This document shows positions 29,937-40,476 of a stretch of DNA of 64,000 bases, one piece after another. The translations under genes were made by a program, and so were the position numbers. Location: assembly GCF_913776295.1 (NCBI RefSeq), contig NZ_CAJYOJ010000065.1, forward strand, positions 32,813 to 96,812, written 5' to 3'. The notes beneath the pieces are model-generated. The model was given only the letters and a program-made list of their open reading frames with translations. It did no database searches and was not told where the DNA came from. Origin of the DNA: an uncultured Pedobacter sp. (lineage in GTDB: Bacteria > Bacteroidota > Bacteroidia > Sphingobacteriales > Sphingobacteriaceae). The number at the start of each line of letters is the position of its first letter. The stretch's first letter is position 1.

Positions 29937-30569
29937 ATGAATAGACGTGATTCACTAAAAGCACTAGGTTTAACCGCCATCAGCACAACCGTGCTACTCG
30001 AGGCCTGTAAGCAACCTGAAGCAAAAACCGAGGTTACTGCGCCTGAAGAAGGTGCAAAAGAAGCAGGCAGGGAACAGTGGGAATTGGACCGTGATAAAAA
30101 TCTGAAATCTGAAACTTTTTTCACCAAACATGAAATGGCTACCATTACCGTTCTAGCCGACATCATTATCCCGAAGGACGAAGTTTCGGGTAGCGCTTCT
30201 GATGCCAAAGTACCAGAGTTTATCGAATTTATCGTAAAAGACATTCCCGAACATAAAACACCTATGCGCGGCGGACTGAAATGGCTGGATGTATATAGCT
30301 TTAATAAATTTCAAAAACCTTTTATTGAAGCCTCTGCAGATCAACAAATCTCTATAGTTGATGAAATTGCTTATCCTAAAAAAGCCCGACCAGAAGTGCA
30401 GGCGGGCGTAGCCTTTTTCAACAGAATGAGAAATTTAACCGCCTCAGGTTTTTACACCACAGAAATGGGCGTAAAAGATATCGGTTATGTTGGTAATGCG
30501 CCAAATCAATGGGCTGGTGTTCCTGCTGATGTATTGAAGCAGTATGGAATGGAGAATGTAAAGATTTAA
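29937..30569 (+). CDS. Gluconate 2-dehydrogenase subunit 3 family protein (Tat lipoprotein)
   Basis: MNRRDSLK twin-arginine signal, lipobox LEAC; LADIIIP, GFYTT..G and GYVGN motifs. Confidence 0.9.
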   Translation: MNRRDSLKALGLTAISTTVLLEACKQPEAKTEVTAPEEGAKEAGREQWELDRDKNLKSETFFTKHEMATITVLADIIIPKDEVSGSASDAKVPEFIEFIVKDIPEHKTPMRGGLKWLDVYSFNKFQKPFIEASADQQISIVDEIAYPKKARPEVQAGVAFFNRMRNLTASGFYTTEMGVKDIGYVGNAPNQWAGVPADVLKQYGMENVKI

Positions 30570-30572
30570 CTT

Positions 30573-30600
30573 AAAGGAGCGAACACTCGCTCCTTTTATT
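30573..30600 (+). terminator. Intrinsic terminator
   Basis: aaaggagcga/tcgctccttt stem plus T tract. Confidence 0.8.
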
Positions 30601-31447
30601 TTGTATGCAGGTCTAAATATAATAACTGCTTAAATTTCTCCTTTGAATTAACCGGTAGTTTCAGATTACCTCGTTCAGAAATTACGATAGTATAATTGAA
30701 AGTTAGTTCTTGTCCTGAAGCTAACGCGATACTGCCGGTAGTAAAATCCGAAAGCATAGAACCTCCCTTAACATTAATTTGAAAACCTTCGTTTTTCTCA
30801 TTTAACCAACCGTTTAAGATCCTATGATTGTTAACTACGGGTCGATCATCCAATCTTAAATAAAGCCCCTCCCAAACATTGCCTACCCAAAAAGCGGGTT
30901 TCGTTTTTAAACGGCTACTGAAATTCCACTTCACCGTGTCCGGACGTGCATTGCCCTTTTGGCCTAAACCAGCGAAATAGTTTGAATTGCTGATATTGAA
31001 CGGGATATGAAAACTGATATTTTGGAATTTAACCTGAACACCTGAAACAGACACTTTAAACCGAATGACTCCGTTAGCATAGGCCTTTCCAAAAACATCC
31101 TGATTCAGGCCTTCAGCTGTACTTCGCGCACGCCAGGTAACAGAATCTTTTCCAACGGCTAAAAACCTGAATTCGGTTGGAACAAATTTTAATTGTTTTT
31201 TGGAGTCGATATAATAGTGAAAATGAATAGGCTCATAAAGTATTTGATGGAGTTTAGCGATACTATCTGACAAATAGCCGCCGCCTACTTGTTTTAAAAA
31301 ACCATCTGAATTAATCTCGATTTTATGTCCTCTGATTGACAAGGTTTGACCAACTACTTTAAGTGAATGATAACTGTCAAGATCCTGGGCATAAATGGAA
31401 GATAGACAAGTAAAGAAAATAAATAATAGGCTCGCAAATACTTTCAT
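30596..31447 (-). CDS. Hypothetical secreted beta-rich protein
   Basis: 283 aa, signal peptide ending IYAQD; family not determinable from sequence alone. Confidence 0.7.
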   Translation of the reverse strand: MKVFASLLFIFFTCLSSIYAQDLDSYHSLKVVGQTLSIRGHKIEINSDGFLKQVGGGYLSDSIAKLHQILYEPIHFHYYIDSKKQLKFVPTEFRFLAVGKDSVTWRARSTAEGLNQDVFGKAYANGVIRFKVSVSGVQVKFQNISFHIPFNISNSNYFAGLGQKGNARPDTVKWNFSSRLKTKPAFWVGNVWEGLYLRLDDRPVVNNHRILNGWLNEKNEGFQINVKGGSMLSDFTTGSIALASGQELTFNYTIVISERGNLKLPVNSKEKFKQLLYLDLHTK

Positions 31448-31478
31448 AAGTGTTAGTAAAATTTCCCTTCAAGGTAAT

Positions 31479-31511
31479 AAAAAAAGTCCTGCTCTTTCGA
31501 ACAGGACTTTT
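31479..31511 (-). terminator. Terminator of the alpha operon
   Basis: aaaagtcctg/caggactttt stem with an A run on the plus strand, after rplQ. Confidence 0.8.
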
Positions 31512-31532
31512 GTATACTTAAGTCGAATAAAA

Positions 31533-32054
31533 TTATTCTCCTTTTGGTTCTTCAGTAGCAGGAGCTTCTTCAGCAGGAGCAACTTCTTCGGCAGTTTCAG
31601 CTTTTGCTTCAGCCGCTTTAGGCGCAGCCGATTTACTTCTACCACGACGAGTTGTTTTCTTCTCTTCTTTAACTTCTACATCTTTACCGTAAACTGTATT
31701 GTAGTCTACCAATTCAATTAAAGCCATCTCAGCGTTATCACCCTGACGATTGTTTAATTTAATGATACGAGTATAACCACCTGGACGGTTTGCCACTTTC
31801 TCAGCTACTTCGCGGAACAAAATAGTGATTACTTCTTTATCCTGTAAATAAGAGAAAACTGTACGACGTGAGTGAGTGGTGTCATTTTTCGCTTTAGTGA
31901 TTAATGGCTCAACATAAGTACGTAACGCTTTAGCTTTTGCTAAAGTTGTAGTAATTCTTTTTGCTTTAATTAGTGATGTAGCCATGTTAGCTAACATCGC
32001 TTTTCTGTGGCTGTCGGTTCTACCTAAGTGGTTTACTTTTTTACCGTGTCTCAT
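31533..32054 (-). CDS. rplQ: 50S ribosomal protein L17
   Basis: [21 protein letters not shown]; acidic Ala-rich C-terminal tail. Confidence 0.99.
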   Translation of the reverse strand: MRHGKKVNHLGRTDSHRKAMLANMATSLIKAKRITTTLAKAKALRTYVEPLITKAKNDTTHSRRTVFSYLQDKEVITILFREVAEKVANRPGGYTRIIKLNNRQGDNAEMALIELVDYNTVYGKDVEVKEEKKTTRRGRSKSAAPKAAEAKAETAEEVAPAEEAPATEEPKGE

Positions 32055-32124
32055 TGTTTTTTGATTAAGTGTATACCGTCTCTGTCTCAGAGGGAATTAT
32101 ACACTGTGAACTAATTGTTAATTC

Positions 32125-32159
32125 AACGCTTTGCGCTAAGCGCACGGCGCTATGCGTAC
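32125..32159. repeat. Heptamer-periodic array (GCGC core)
   Basis: aacgctt tgcgcta agcgcac ggcgcta tgcgtac. Confidence 0.8.
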
Positions 32160-33151
32160 TACTCTTCGTCTAATTTAAATTTAGACAGGTTCATACCGAA
32201 TGATAAACCTTTTGATTTTACCAATTCCTGGATCTCTGTTAAAGATTTCTTACCGAAGTTTCTGAATTTTAACATATCAGCCACATCATAAGAAACTAAA
32301 TCAGCTAAAGTACGGATATCAGCAGCTTTTAAGCAATTTAGTGCCCTAACTGAAAGATCCATATCTACCAATTCAGTTTTAAGGATTTTACGCATGTGTA
32401 AAATTTCCTCATCAACTTCTTTGGTTTCTTCCTTTGCCTGAGATTCTAATACTAAATTCTCATCTGAGAATAACATAAAGTGTTGGATCAGGATCTTAGC
32501 CGCTTCTTTTAATGCTTCTTCAGGATGAATTGAACCGTCAGTAGAGATATCTAAAACCAATTTTTCATAATCCGTTTTTTGCTCAACACGAAAGTTTTCA
32601 ATCGTGTATTTTACATTTTTCATTGGAGTATAAATCGAATCGATTGCGATTACACCTACAACAGCATCAGCAACTTTATTTTCTTCAGCAGGTACATAAC
32701 CACGTCCTTTATTGATGGTTAATTCCACTTCCAAAGTAACAGATTTATCCATATTGCAAATAACATGCTCAGGATTTAAAACTGTAAAGTTGTTAGAGAA
32801 TTTAGTGATATCACCAGCCTTAAACTGATCTTGACCATTAACGATGATGAAAACTTTTTCAGAATCACCTGAATCACCTGTTTTCTTAAAACGAACCTGT
32901 TTTAAGTTTAAGATAATGTCAGTTAAATCTTCTACAACACCTTTAATGGTAGAAAATTCGTGAGAAACGCCTGAAAAACGAATAGTAGTAATAGCATAAC
33001 CTTCTAACGAAGAAAGTAAAATTCTTCTTAAGGCATTACCAATTGTTACACCGAAACCGGGCTCTAAAGGACGAAATTCAAATGTGCCATCGAAATCGGT
33101 TGATTTCTGCATGATCACTTTGTCTGGTTTCTGAAATGCTAAAATTGCCAT
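32159..33151 (-). CDS. rpoA: RNA polymerase alpha subunit
   Basis: [21 protein letters not shown]; alpha-[19 protein letters not shown]. Confidence 0.99.
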   Translation of the reverse strand: MAILAFQKPDKVIMQKSTDFDGTFEFRPLEPGFGVTIGNALRRILLSSLEGYAITTIRFSGVSHEFSTIKGVVEDLTDIILNLKQVRFKKTGDSGDSEKVFIIVNGQDQFKAGDITKFSNNFTVLNPEHVICNMDKSVTLEVELTINKGRGYVPAEENKVADAVVGVIAIDSIYTPMKNVKYTIENFRVEQKTDYEKLVLDISTDGSIHPEEALKEAAKILIQHFMLFSDENLVLESQAKEETKEVDEEILHMRKILKTELVDMDLSVRALNCLKAADIRTLADLVSYDVADMLKFRNFGKKSLTEIQELVKSKGLSFGMNLSKFKLDEE

Positions 33152-33191
33152 TTATATTTTTTTAAATTCGTTATTGAATATATAGTAATAT

Positions 33192-33226
33192 GAAAAAAGT
33201 TAATTACCCTTTTGAGGTAATTAACT
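33192..33226 (-). terminator. Terminator-like hairpin between rpsD and rpoA
   Basis: Perfect 11-bp stem agttaattacc/ggtaattaact followed by U6 on the minus strand. Confidence 0.55.
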
Positions 33227-33236
33227 AGCTCATTTA

Positions 33237-33845
33237 TTACTTTGAGTACAACTCGATGATTAAGTTTTCCTTGATGTTTTCAGGAATCTCATCACGTTGA
33301 GGGTAGGTTAAGAATTTACCAGTTAATTCACTGGCGTTCCACTCTAACCATGCGAACTTGTTGATTGTTCTGCCTGCAACTGAGTTACTAATTGATTCTA
33401 AAGATTTAGATTTTTCACGAACAGCAACCACATCACCAGCTTTTAACTGATATGAAGGAATATTTACAACTTCACCATTCACGGTTACGTGTTTATGGCT
33501 AACTAACTGGCGTGCACCAGAACGGGTTGTTGAAATACCTAAACGGTAAACTGTATTATCTAAACGTGCTTCCAATAATTGAAGTAAGTTATCACCAGTG
33601 ATACCAGCACGTGAAGATGCTTTTTTAAACAAGTTACTGAATTGTTTTTCCAATACACCATAAGTGTATTTTACTTTTTGTTTCTCCATTAACTGGATGG
33701 CGTACTCAGATTGTTTTCCTCTTCTCTTTGAAACGCCGTGTTGGCCGGGAGGATAATTTTTTCTGTCTAACACTTTATCAGGACCGAAAATTGGTTCTCT
33801 GAATTTACGTGCGATTTTTGATTTTGGGCCTGTATATCTTGCCAT
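33237..33845 (-). CDS. rpsD: 30S ribosomal protein S4
   Basis: [21 protein letters not shown]. Confidence 0.99.
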   Translation of the reverse strand: MARYTGPKSKIARKFREPIFGPDKVLDRKNYPPGQHGVSKRRGKQSEYAIQLMEKQKVKYTYGVLEKQFSNLFKKASSRAGITGDNLLQLLEARLDNTVYRLGISTTRSGARQLVSHKHVTVNGEVVNIPSYQLKAGDVVAVREKSKSLESISNSVAGRTINKFAWLEWNASELTGKFLTYPQRDEIPENIKENLIIELYSK

Positions 33846-33906
33846 TTTTTTCTGTTTTTAAAGTATCATCCAACCTGTAGCTGGAGATTCTTAGCTTTAA
33901 AATTAA

Positions 33907-34296
33907 TTAAACTCTTCTCTTTTTAGGAGGACGACATCCGTTGTGAGGAAGTGGAGTAATATCTTTGATAGATGTTACTTCTAAACCTGCTACCTGTAAA
34001 GTTCTGATTGCAGACTCACGACCTGAACCCGGACCTTTTACAAATACTTCAACTTTACGTAAACCTAAATCAAACGCAACCTTACCGCAATCTGAAGCTG
34101 CTTGACCAGCTGCATAAGGCGTGTTCTTTTTAGAACCTTTGAAGCCCATTTTACCTGCAGAAGACCATGAGATAGTCTGTCCGTTGTTATTTGTTAAGGT
34201 AACGATGATGTTGTTAAAAGTAGCATTGATATGCGCCTGACCAACAGGCTCGATTACAACGATACGTTTTTTTGTTACTTTTTTACTTTTAGCCAT
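33907..34296 (-). CDS. rpsK: 30S ribosomal protein S11
   Basis: [22 protein letters not shown]. Confidence 0.99.
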   Translation of the reverse strand: MAKSKKVTKKRIVVIEPVGQAHINATFNNIIVTLTNNNGQTISWSSAGKMGFKGSKKNTPYAAGQAASDCGKVAFDLGLRKVEVFVKGPGSGRESAIRTLQVAGLEVTSIKDITPLPHNGCRPPKKRRV

Positions 34297-34306
34297 TTTA
34301 TCTTTT

Positions 34307-34442
34307 AGATTTTAGATATGAGACTTGAGATATAAGATCTTCTATACCCCGATACTCAGTATCCTACTTTTTCTCTTTTATTCCAGATTTGAGCAGATAT
34401 AAAAGATGTGTCATCACATCTCATATCTCACATCTCACATCT
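34307..34442. repeat. Heptamer-periodic inverted array (AGAT x5 / ATCT x4)
   Basis: AGAY at 34307, 34314, 34321, 34328, 34335; ATCT at 34418, 34425, 34432, 34439. Confidence 0.9.
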
Positions 34443-34447
34443 ATCTA

Positions 34448-34825
34448 TTATTTAGTAGCTTTTTTCTTGTTAGCAACTGTTTTTCTCTTACCCTTACGAG
34501 TACGTGAGTTGTTTTTAGTACGCTGACCACGAGAAGGTAAACCTTTTCTGTGACGTAAACCACGGTAACAACCAATATCCATTAAACGTTTGATGTTTAA
34601 CTGAACCTCCGAGCGTAAAGCACCTTCTACTTTAATCTCATCGTTGATCATGGTACGGATTGCTGATAACTCATCATCAGACCAATCTTGTACTTTTTTG
34701 TTTAAATCGATACCTGCCGTAGTTAAAATACGTTGAGCAGTTGTTCTACCAATACCATAGATATAGGTTAAACCGATCTCTCCTCTTTTGTTTCTTGGTA
34801 AATCAATACCTGAAATCCTTGCCAT
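34448..34825 (-). CDS. rpsM: 30S ribosomal protein S13
   Basis: [21 protein letters not shown]. Confidence 0.99.
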   Translation of the reverse strand: MARISGIDLPRNKRGEIGLTYIYGIGRTTAQRILTTAGIDLNKKVQDWSDDELSAIRTMINDEIKVEGALRSEVQLNIKRLMDIGCYRGLRHRKGLPSRGQRTKNNSRTRKGKRKTVANKKKATK

Positions 34826-34895
34826 ATTTATTATTGTTTTGCAGTAATTCCGAACGGCGGGCCACCGTTGTACGGTAAATTACACTATTTTCTAA

Positions 34896-35012
34896 TTACC
34901 CTTGACGTTGCTTGTATTTAGGATTTTTCTTGTTGATTACGTAAAGTTTTCCTTTACGGCGAATAATCTTGCAATCAGCGCTACGTTTTTTAATTGATGA
35001 TCTAACTTTCAT
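34896..35012 (-). CDS. rpmJ: 50S ribosomal protein L36 (zinc-free type); missing from the ORF track
   Basis: Hand translation [38 protein letters not shown]. Confidence 0.97.
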   Translation of the reverse strand: MKVRSSIKKRSADCKIIRRKGKLYVINKKNPKYKQRQG

Positions 35013-35013
35013 T

Positions 35014-35232
35014 TTATTTGTATCTATAAGTAATGCGTCCTTTTGTTAAATCATAAGGAGACATTTCCAATTTAACCTTATCTCCAGGAAGGATTTTGAT
35101 GTAGTGCATCCGCATCTTTCCTGAAATATGGGCAATTATCTCATGACCGTTCTCGAGTTCTACCCGGAACATTGCATTAGATAATGCTTCCCTTATTACT
35201 CCGTCTTGTTCAATTGAGGCTTGTTTAGCCAT
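35014..35232 (-). CDS. infA: Translation initiation factor IF-1
   Basis: [27 protein letters not shown]. Confidence 0.99.
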   Translation of the reverse strand: MAKQASIEQDGVIREALSNAMFRVELENGHEIIAHISGKMRMHYIKILPGDKVKLEMSPYDLTKGRITYRYK

Positions 35233-35276
35233 ATTTTATTGATTGTTACTTAATTAGCTGCTTCTAAACAGGGTTG

Positions 35277-35284
35277 CAAAATTA
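35277..35284 (-). promoter_or_regulatory. Internal -7 promoter element upstream of infA
   Basis: Minus-strand TAatTTTG between map and infA; no clear -33 element. Confidence 0.45.
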
Positions 35285-35303
35285 AACAAAAAATTTTAAT
35301 TAT

Positions 35304-36089
35304 TTATTTTTTTTGTTGCAAAACTTCTTCTATTATAGAAAACGTCGATAAAACGTCTGCCTGGCCCTTTTTAATGGCAACTGTGTGTTCAAAATGTGCC
35401 GATGGTTTATTGTCTTTACTGGTTACCGTCCATCCATCGTTATGGAATTTAACACCGGCTACGCCTGCATTAATCATGGGCTCTATTGCAATGACCATTC
35501 CTTCTTCCAGTTTTGGTCCTGCGCCACGTTTCCCATAATTCGGAACCTCCGGTTTCTCGTGAAGTTTTATACCAACGCCATGTCCAACAAGCTCTCTTAC
35601 TACACCAAATCCATTAGTTTCTGCATACTGCTGAACGGCATAGCCTACATCACCGGTACGCATGCCAACAACAGCTTTTTCAATACCCAGTTCCAGGCAA
35701 CGTTGAGTAACCGTAAGCAACTTTTGTTTTTCAGCATCGATCTCTCCTATTGCGAAAGTATAGGCTGAATCGCCAAAATAATTGTTTTTAATTACCCCAC
35801 AATCAACAGAAATGAGGTCGCCCTCTTGTATTACATATTCGCTGGGAAAACCATGAACAACTTGTTCATTTGGCGAAATACACAATGAATAGGGAAAACC
35901 ATTGTAATTCAAAAATGCAGGAATCGCTCCATGATCACTAATAAACTCGTAGGCTAACTCATCTAACTGAATAGTAGTCATGCCTGCTTTTATCACCTTG
36001 GCCACTTCGGCCAAAGTTTTAGAAACAAGCATGGAACTTTCTCTTATTAACTCGATCTCCTCAAGAGACTTGTAATAAATTTTAGACAT
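35304..36089 (-). CDS. map: Type I methionine aminopeptidase
   Basis: VVHGFP, DCG, GDSA, GHGVG, IEPMI and HFEHT metal ligands. Confidence 0.98.
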   Translation of the reverse strand: MSKIYYKSLEEIELIRESSMLVSKTLAEVAKVIKAGMTTIQLDELAYEFISDHGAIPAFLNYNGFPYSLCISPNEQVVHGFPSEYVIQEGDLISVDCGVIKNNYFGDSAYTFAIGEIDAEKQKLLTVTQRCLELGIEKAVVGMRTGDVGYAVQQYAETNGFGVVRELVGHGVGIKLHEKPEVPNYGKRGAGPKLEEGMVIAIEPMINAGVAGVKFHNDGWTVTSKDNKPSAHFEHTVAIKKGQADVLSTFSIIEEVLQQKK

Positions 36090-36096
36090 CTTTACA

Positions 36097-37437
36097 CTAC
36101 AGCGCTGCGTTGCTACTTGCAGCAGGAACTCCTGTTCTGCCAGTAACTCTACCCGTTTTCATCAAACCATCATAATGGCGCATCAATAGATAACTTTCGA
36201 TTTGCTGTAATGTATCTAATACCACACCAACTAAAATCAATAAAGAAGTACCACCGAAGAAGTGTGCAAACTCTTGTTTAATACCAAACTTAACCGCAAT
36301 TGAAGGAAGAATAGCAATGATCGCTAAAAATACAGCACCCGGGAAAGTGATTTTTGAAATGACATCATCAATAAAAGTTGATGTTGCAAAACCCGGTTTA
36401 ATACCCGGAATAAAACCACCATTTTTCTTCATATCATCGCTCATTTGAGTTGGATTAACTGTAATGGCTGTATAGAAAAAAGTGAATGCGATAATTAAAA
36501 ATGCGAACGTTAAGCTATAAGCCAACGAAGTGGTATTGCTGAACTGGATTAACCAAGAACCCTGTAATGAAGGAACAAACTGCATTAAAGCACCTGGAAT
36601 AAACATTAACGCCTGAGCAAAAATGATAGGCATAACCCCGGCAGCATTAACCTTCAAAGGAATGTACTGACGAACACCACCAAACTGGCGGTTACCAACA
36701 ATTTTCTTGGCGTATTGTACAGGCACTTTACGTACACCTTGAACAATTAAAATGGTAAACATTACCACAGCAAATAAAGCAACGATTTCCAAAACCAATG
36801 CAACCGGGCCTCCACCTTCACTAGCCGAACCCACACGTGCACTAAACTCTTGAGAAATTGCCACCGGTAAACGTGCAATAATACCAACCATGATGATTAG
36901 TGATGTACCGTTACCAATACCTTTATCTGTAATTTTTTCACCTAACCACATTACAAATAACGTACCTGCCGTTAATACAAACGTAGACAACACTAAAAAT
37001 AAAGTATTTGGCAATAAAATAGCTTCAGCAGGAACTTGCGTTTTAACGTAACCAACAGACTGAACGATTGTGATTGCTACTGTTAGGTAGCGGGTAATCT
37101 GGTTCATTTTCTTTCTACCACTTTCGCCTTCTTTCTGCATTTTTTGGAAAGAAGGAACAGCAATACCCAATAGCTGCACCACAATCGATGCAGAAATGTA
37201 AGGCATTACCCCCAACGCCAAAATAGACACACGAGAGAAAGAACCGCCGGCGAACATATCCAGTAAGCCTAAAATTCCTGATTTCTCATTATTGCCTAAA
37301 GCAGTTGGATCTACACCTGGTAAAACCACGTGAGATACGAAACGGTATACCAAAAGAATTAAGAGCGTAAACAATATACGCTCTTTTAATTCCTGAATTT
37401 TCCAGATATTACTTAAAGTAGTAAATAGCTTCTTCAT
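36097..37437 (-). CDS. secY: Preprotein translocase SecY
   Basis: SILALGVMPYISASI, GIGNGTSL, FGGTSLLILVGV. Confidence 0.99.
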   Translation of the reverse strand: MKKLFTTLSNIWKIQELKERILFTLLILLVYRFVSHVVLPGVDPTALGNNEKSGILGLLDMFAGGSFSRVSILALGVMPYISASIVVQLLGIAVPSFQKMQKEGESGRKKMNQITRYLTVAITIVQSVGYVKTQVPAEAILLPNTLFLVLSTFVLTAGTLFVMWLGEKITDKGIGNGTSLIIMVGIIARLPVAISQEFSARVGSASEGGGPVALVLEIVALFAVVMFTILIVQGVRKVPVQYAKKIVGNRQFGGVRQYIPLKVNAAGVMPIIFAQALMFIPGALMQFVPSLQGSWLIQFSNTTSLAYSLTFAFLIIAFTFFYTAITVNPTQMSDDMKKNGGFIPGIKPGFATSTFIDDVISKITFPGAVFLAIIAILPSIAVKFGIKQEFAHFFGGTSLLILVGVVLDTLQQIESYLLMRHYDGLMKTGRVTGRTGVPAASSNAAL

Positions 37438-37444
37438 TTAATAA

Positions 37445-37891
37445 TTACAATTTTACAATAGAACCACCTGCAGCTTCAATAGCTTTTTGTGCGGTTGCAG
37501 AGAACGCATGTGCTGTAATTTCTAGATTTGCTTTAACTTCGCCACGACCTAAAATTTTAACCAAGTCGTTTTTAGAAGCTAAACCATGTGCTTGTAACGC
37601 AGCAAAATCGATAGTTGTTAAGCTATGTTTTTCAGCTAATGCTTGTAAAACGTCTAAGTTTACACCTACATACTCAGTGCGGTTGATTGGTTTGAAACCA
37701 ACTTTAGGCACACGACGTTGTAAAGGCATTTGACCGCCTTCAAAACCGATTTTGGTTTTGTGACCTGAACGAGATCCCGCACCTTTGTGACCACGGGTAG
37801 AAGTACCGCCACGACCAGAACCTGTACCACGACCAATTCTTTTACTGTTTTTTGTAGAACCTACTGCAGGTTTTAAATTACTTAAATTCAT
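37445..37891 (-). CDS. rplO: 50S ribosomal protein L15
   Basis: MNLSNLKP start at 37891; GFEGGQMPL. Confidence 0.98.
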   Translation of the reverse strand: MNLSNLKPAVGSTKNSKRIGRGTGSGRGGTSTRGHKGAGSRSGHKTKIGFEGGQMPLQRRVPKVGFKPINRTEYVGVNLDVLQALAEKHSLTTIDFAALQAHGLASKNDLVKILGRGEVKANLEITAHAFSATAQKAIEAAGGSIVKL

Positions 37892-37996
37892 CTTTTTGAA
37901 TTTGTGTTGCCCTTCGCTTTCACTAAACAGGTACAACGATTAAACATATATAAAGGTAGTACCGGCTTTTATACCCATACTACCTTTAAACTTTTA

Positions 37997-38176
37997 CTAG
38001 ATTGCTTCGATTGCTACCAAATGGTTTACTTTACGAACCATACCGATAATCTGTGGAGTAGCCTCTACTTCAACGCTCTGATTCATTTTAGATAAACCCA
38101 AAGCCTGAACGGTTCTTTTTTGGCGCTCGCTTCTGTCGATAACGCTTTTTACTTGTGTTATTTTGATCTTAGCCAT
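37997..38176 (-). CDS. rpmD: 50S ribosomal protein L30; missing from the ORF track
   Basis: Hand translation MAKIKITQVKSVIDRSERQKRTVQALGL...GMVRKVNHLVAIEAI*. Confidence 0.97.
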   Translation of the reverse strand: MAKIKITQVKSVIDRSERQKRTVQALGLSKMNQSVEVEATPQIIGMVRKVNHLVAIEAI

Positions 38177-38180
38177 AATA

Positions 38181-38699
38181 TTATCCGTTAAATACTTTGT
38201 TTAAATCTATACCACGGGTTTGAGCTACTGTATAGGCATCACGCATTTTAGTTAATGCATCAACAGTTGCTTTTACCACGTTATGCGGGTTAGATGATCC
38301 TTTAGATTTTGCCAATACGTTATGTACACCAGCACTCTCTAATACAGCACGCATCGCACCACCGGCAATTACTCCGGTACCTACTGCAGCTGGTTTGATT
38401 AAAACAAAACCACCTGAGAATTTACCGATTTGCTCATGAGGAACGGTACCATTTAAAATCGGAACTTTTACAAGGTTCTTTTTAGCATCATCCACACCTT
38501 TAGCGATTGCTTCAGTTACCTCTTTTGCTTTACCCAAGCCGAACCCAACAACGCCGTTTTCATCACCTACAACAACAATTGCTGAGAAGCTGAAAGTACG
38601 GCCACCTTTGGTTACTTTAGCAACACGTTGTATACTAACCAAACGATCCTTCAATTCGATATCGGTGGTTTTTACTCTTTTTATATTAATAGTTGACAT
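38181..38699 (-). CDS. rpsE: 30S ribosomal protein S5
   Basis: [22 protein letters not shown]. Confidence 0.99.
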   Translation of the reverse strand: MSTINIKRVKTTDIELKDRLVSIQRVAKVTKGGRTFSFSAIVVVGDENGVVGFGLGKAKEVTEAIAKGVDDAKKNLVKVPILNGTVPHEQIGKFSGGFVLIKPAAVGTGVIAGGAMRAVLESAGVHNVLAKSKGSSNPHNVVKATVDALTKMRDAYTVAQTRGIDLNKVFNG

Positions 38700-38716
38700 C
38701 TTACTTTTTCTTCAGA

Positions 38717-39070
38717 TTAAAATACTAAACCAGCTTCGCGGGCACCCTCTGCCAACGATTTTACACGACCGTGGTATAAATAGCCGTTTCTATCGAAAAC
38801 AACTTCTTTAACACCTGCAGCAATTGCTTTTTCGGCAACTAATTTACCCACTGCAACTGACTGATCGCTCTTGCTTCCAGTACCAGTAAAATCTTTCGAT
38901 AATGATGATGCTGATGCTATTGTTGTACCGGTTACATCGTTAATTACCTGAGCATAAATCCCTTTATTGCTTCTATATACAGATAACCTTGGACGTTCTT
39001 CCGAACCGGTAAGTCTTTTTCTGATCCCTTTTTTAATACGATCTCTTCTTGATAATTTTTTACCTGCCAT
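38717..39070 (-). CDS. rplR: 50S ribosomal protein L18
   Basis: [23 protein letters not shown]. Confidence 0.99.
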   Translation of the reverse strand: MAGKKLSRRDRIKKGIRKRLTGSEERPRLSVYRSNKGIYAQVINDVTGTTIASASSLSKDFTGTGSKSDQSVAVGKLVAEKAIAAGVKEVVFDRNGYLYHGRVKSLAEGAREAGLVF

Positions 39071-39075
39071 GATTA

Positions 39076-39633
39076 CTATTTTTTAGATGCTGATTTACCT
39101 GCTTTTCTTCTTAACACTTCACCTACAAACTTGATACCTTTACCTTTATATGGTTCTGGTGCACGTAACGAACGGATTTTCGCTGCTACCTGGCCAATCA
39201 ATTGTTTGTCAATACTTTCCAAAATAATTTTAGGAGTCTGACCTTTTTCTGATTGTGTAGTTACTTTAATCTCTGCTGGCAACTGGAATACATAGTGGTG
39301 AGAATAACCCAAAACCAGGTCTAATGTATTACCTTGGTTTGTAGCACGGTAACCAACACCTACTAGCTCTTGAGTTAATGTATAACCTTCTGTAACACCA
39401 ACAACCATGTTGTTAAGCAATGAGCGGTATAAACCGTGTAATGCTTTGTGTTTCTTTTGATCTGATGGACGTTGAACTGTTAAAATTCCATCTTCTTGAC
39501 TTACAGTGATATCTTTATCAACTGCTTGTGATAATTCTCCTTTAGGGCCTTTTACAGTTACCACGTTATCGTTAGATACAGTAATGGTTACACCTGAAGG
39601 GATTGTAATTGGGGCTTTTCCTATTCTTGACAT
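39076..39633 (-). CDS. rplF: 50S ribosomal protein L6
   Basis: [14 protein letters not shown]. Confidence 0.99.
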   Translation of the reverse strand: MSRIGKAPITIPSGVTITVSNDNVVTVKGPKGELSQAVDKDITVSQEDGILTVQRPSDQKKHKALHGLYRSLLNNMVVGVTEGYTLTQELVGVGYRATNQGNTLDLVLGYSHHYVFQLPAEIKVTTQSEKGQTPKIILESIDKQLIGQVAAKIRSLRAPEPYKGKGIKFVGEVLRRKAGKSASKK

Positions 39634-39652
39634 TGTGTAGTTCTCCTAAATA

Positions 39653-40051
39653 TTAATAAACGTGACACAATACCTCACCACCAATGTTTAATTTGGCTGC
39701 TTCTTTATCGGTCATTATACCTTTAGAAGTAGATAAGATTGCGATACCTAAACCGTTTAATACTCTTGGCATATTTTCAACGCCTGCATACTGTCTCAAA
39801 CCTGGTTTACTTACTCGCACTAATGTACGAATAGCAGGAACTTTAGTAATCGGATTATATTTCAAAGCTATTTTAATAGTGCCTTGAACGGTAGTATCTT
39901 CAAACTTATAGTTCGCGATGTAACCTTTGTCAAAAAGAACTTTAGTAATTTCTTTTTTAAGGTTTGATGCAGGAATTTCTACAACACGGTGGTTGGCCTT
40001 AATGGCATTCCTTACTCTTGTTAAATAATCTGCTATTGGATCTGTATTCAT
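39653..40051 (-). CDS. rpsH: 30S ribosomal protein S8
   Basis: DPIADYLTRVRNA, STSKGIMTD...GGEV. Confidence 0.99.
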   Translation of the reverse strand: MNTDPIADYLTRVRNAIKANHRVVEIPASNLKKEITKVLFDKGYIANYKFEDTTVQGTIKIALKYNPITKVPAIRTLVRVSKPGLRQYAGVENMPRVLNGLGIAILSTSKGIMTDKEAAKLNIGGEVLCHVY

Positions 40052-40130
40052 TTTTTATTGTTTTTGATAGTGGTTTCCTTTCCTGATTCACATCGGGATG
40101 GGACCTGCTATCGGTTAAAATTCTTTTTTA

Positions 40131-40200
40131 GTATTAAGACATAAGTATCAAGTATCAAGAAACCATTCCGTCTTGATACTTGATACCCTGTACCTGATAC
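40131..40200. repeat. Heptamer-periodic inverted array with a 16-bp perfect stem
   Basis: gtattaa gacataa gtatcaa gtatcaa / ttgatac ttgatac cctgtac ctgatac. Confidence 0.9.
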
Positions 40201-40206
40201 TTTATA

Positions 40207-40476
40207 TTACCAAGATGCTTTTTTAACACCTGGTATTTTACCGTCTAGTGCCATTTCGCGGAACGTTACCCTTGAAATACCAAAGGTACGCATATATCCA
40301 CGAGGACGACCAGTTAATTTACAACGGTTGTGTAAACGTACCGGAGATGAGTTTTTAGGTAATTTATCTAAACCCTCGAAATCTCCTGCTGCTTTTAATG
40401 CCGCACGTTTTTCAGCGTATCTAGCTACCAATTTTTGGCGCTTAACTTCGCGTGCTTTTACACCTTCTTTTGCCAT
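40207..40476 (-). CDS. rpsN: 30S ribosomal protein S14 (long, zinc-free type)
   Basis: 89 aa; [14 protein letters not shown]. Confidence 0.99.
   Translation of the reverse strand: MAKEGVKAREVKRQKLVARYAEKRAALKAAGDFEGLDKLPKNSSPVRLHNRCKLTGRPRGYMRTFGISRVTFREMALDGKIPGVKKASW

Noticed and set aside
37892-37936. ORF-track N-terminal extensions of rplO (also rplC 46644-46733, rplW and rpsQ)
   Set aside because: Canonical N-termini start at internal ATGs; the rplC extension overlaps its promoter.
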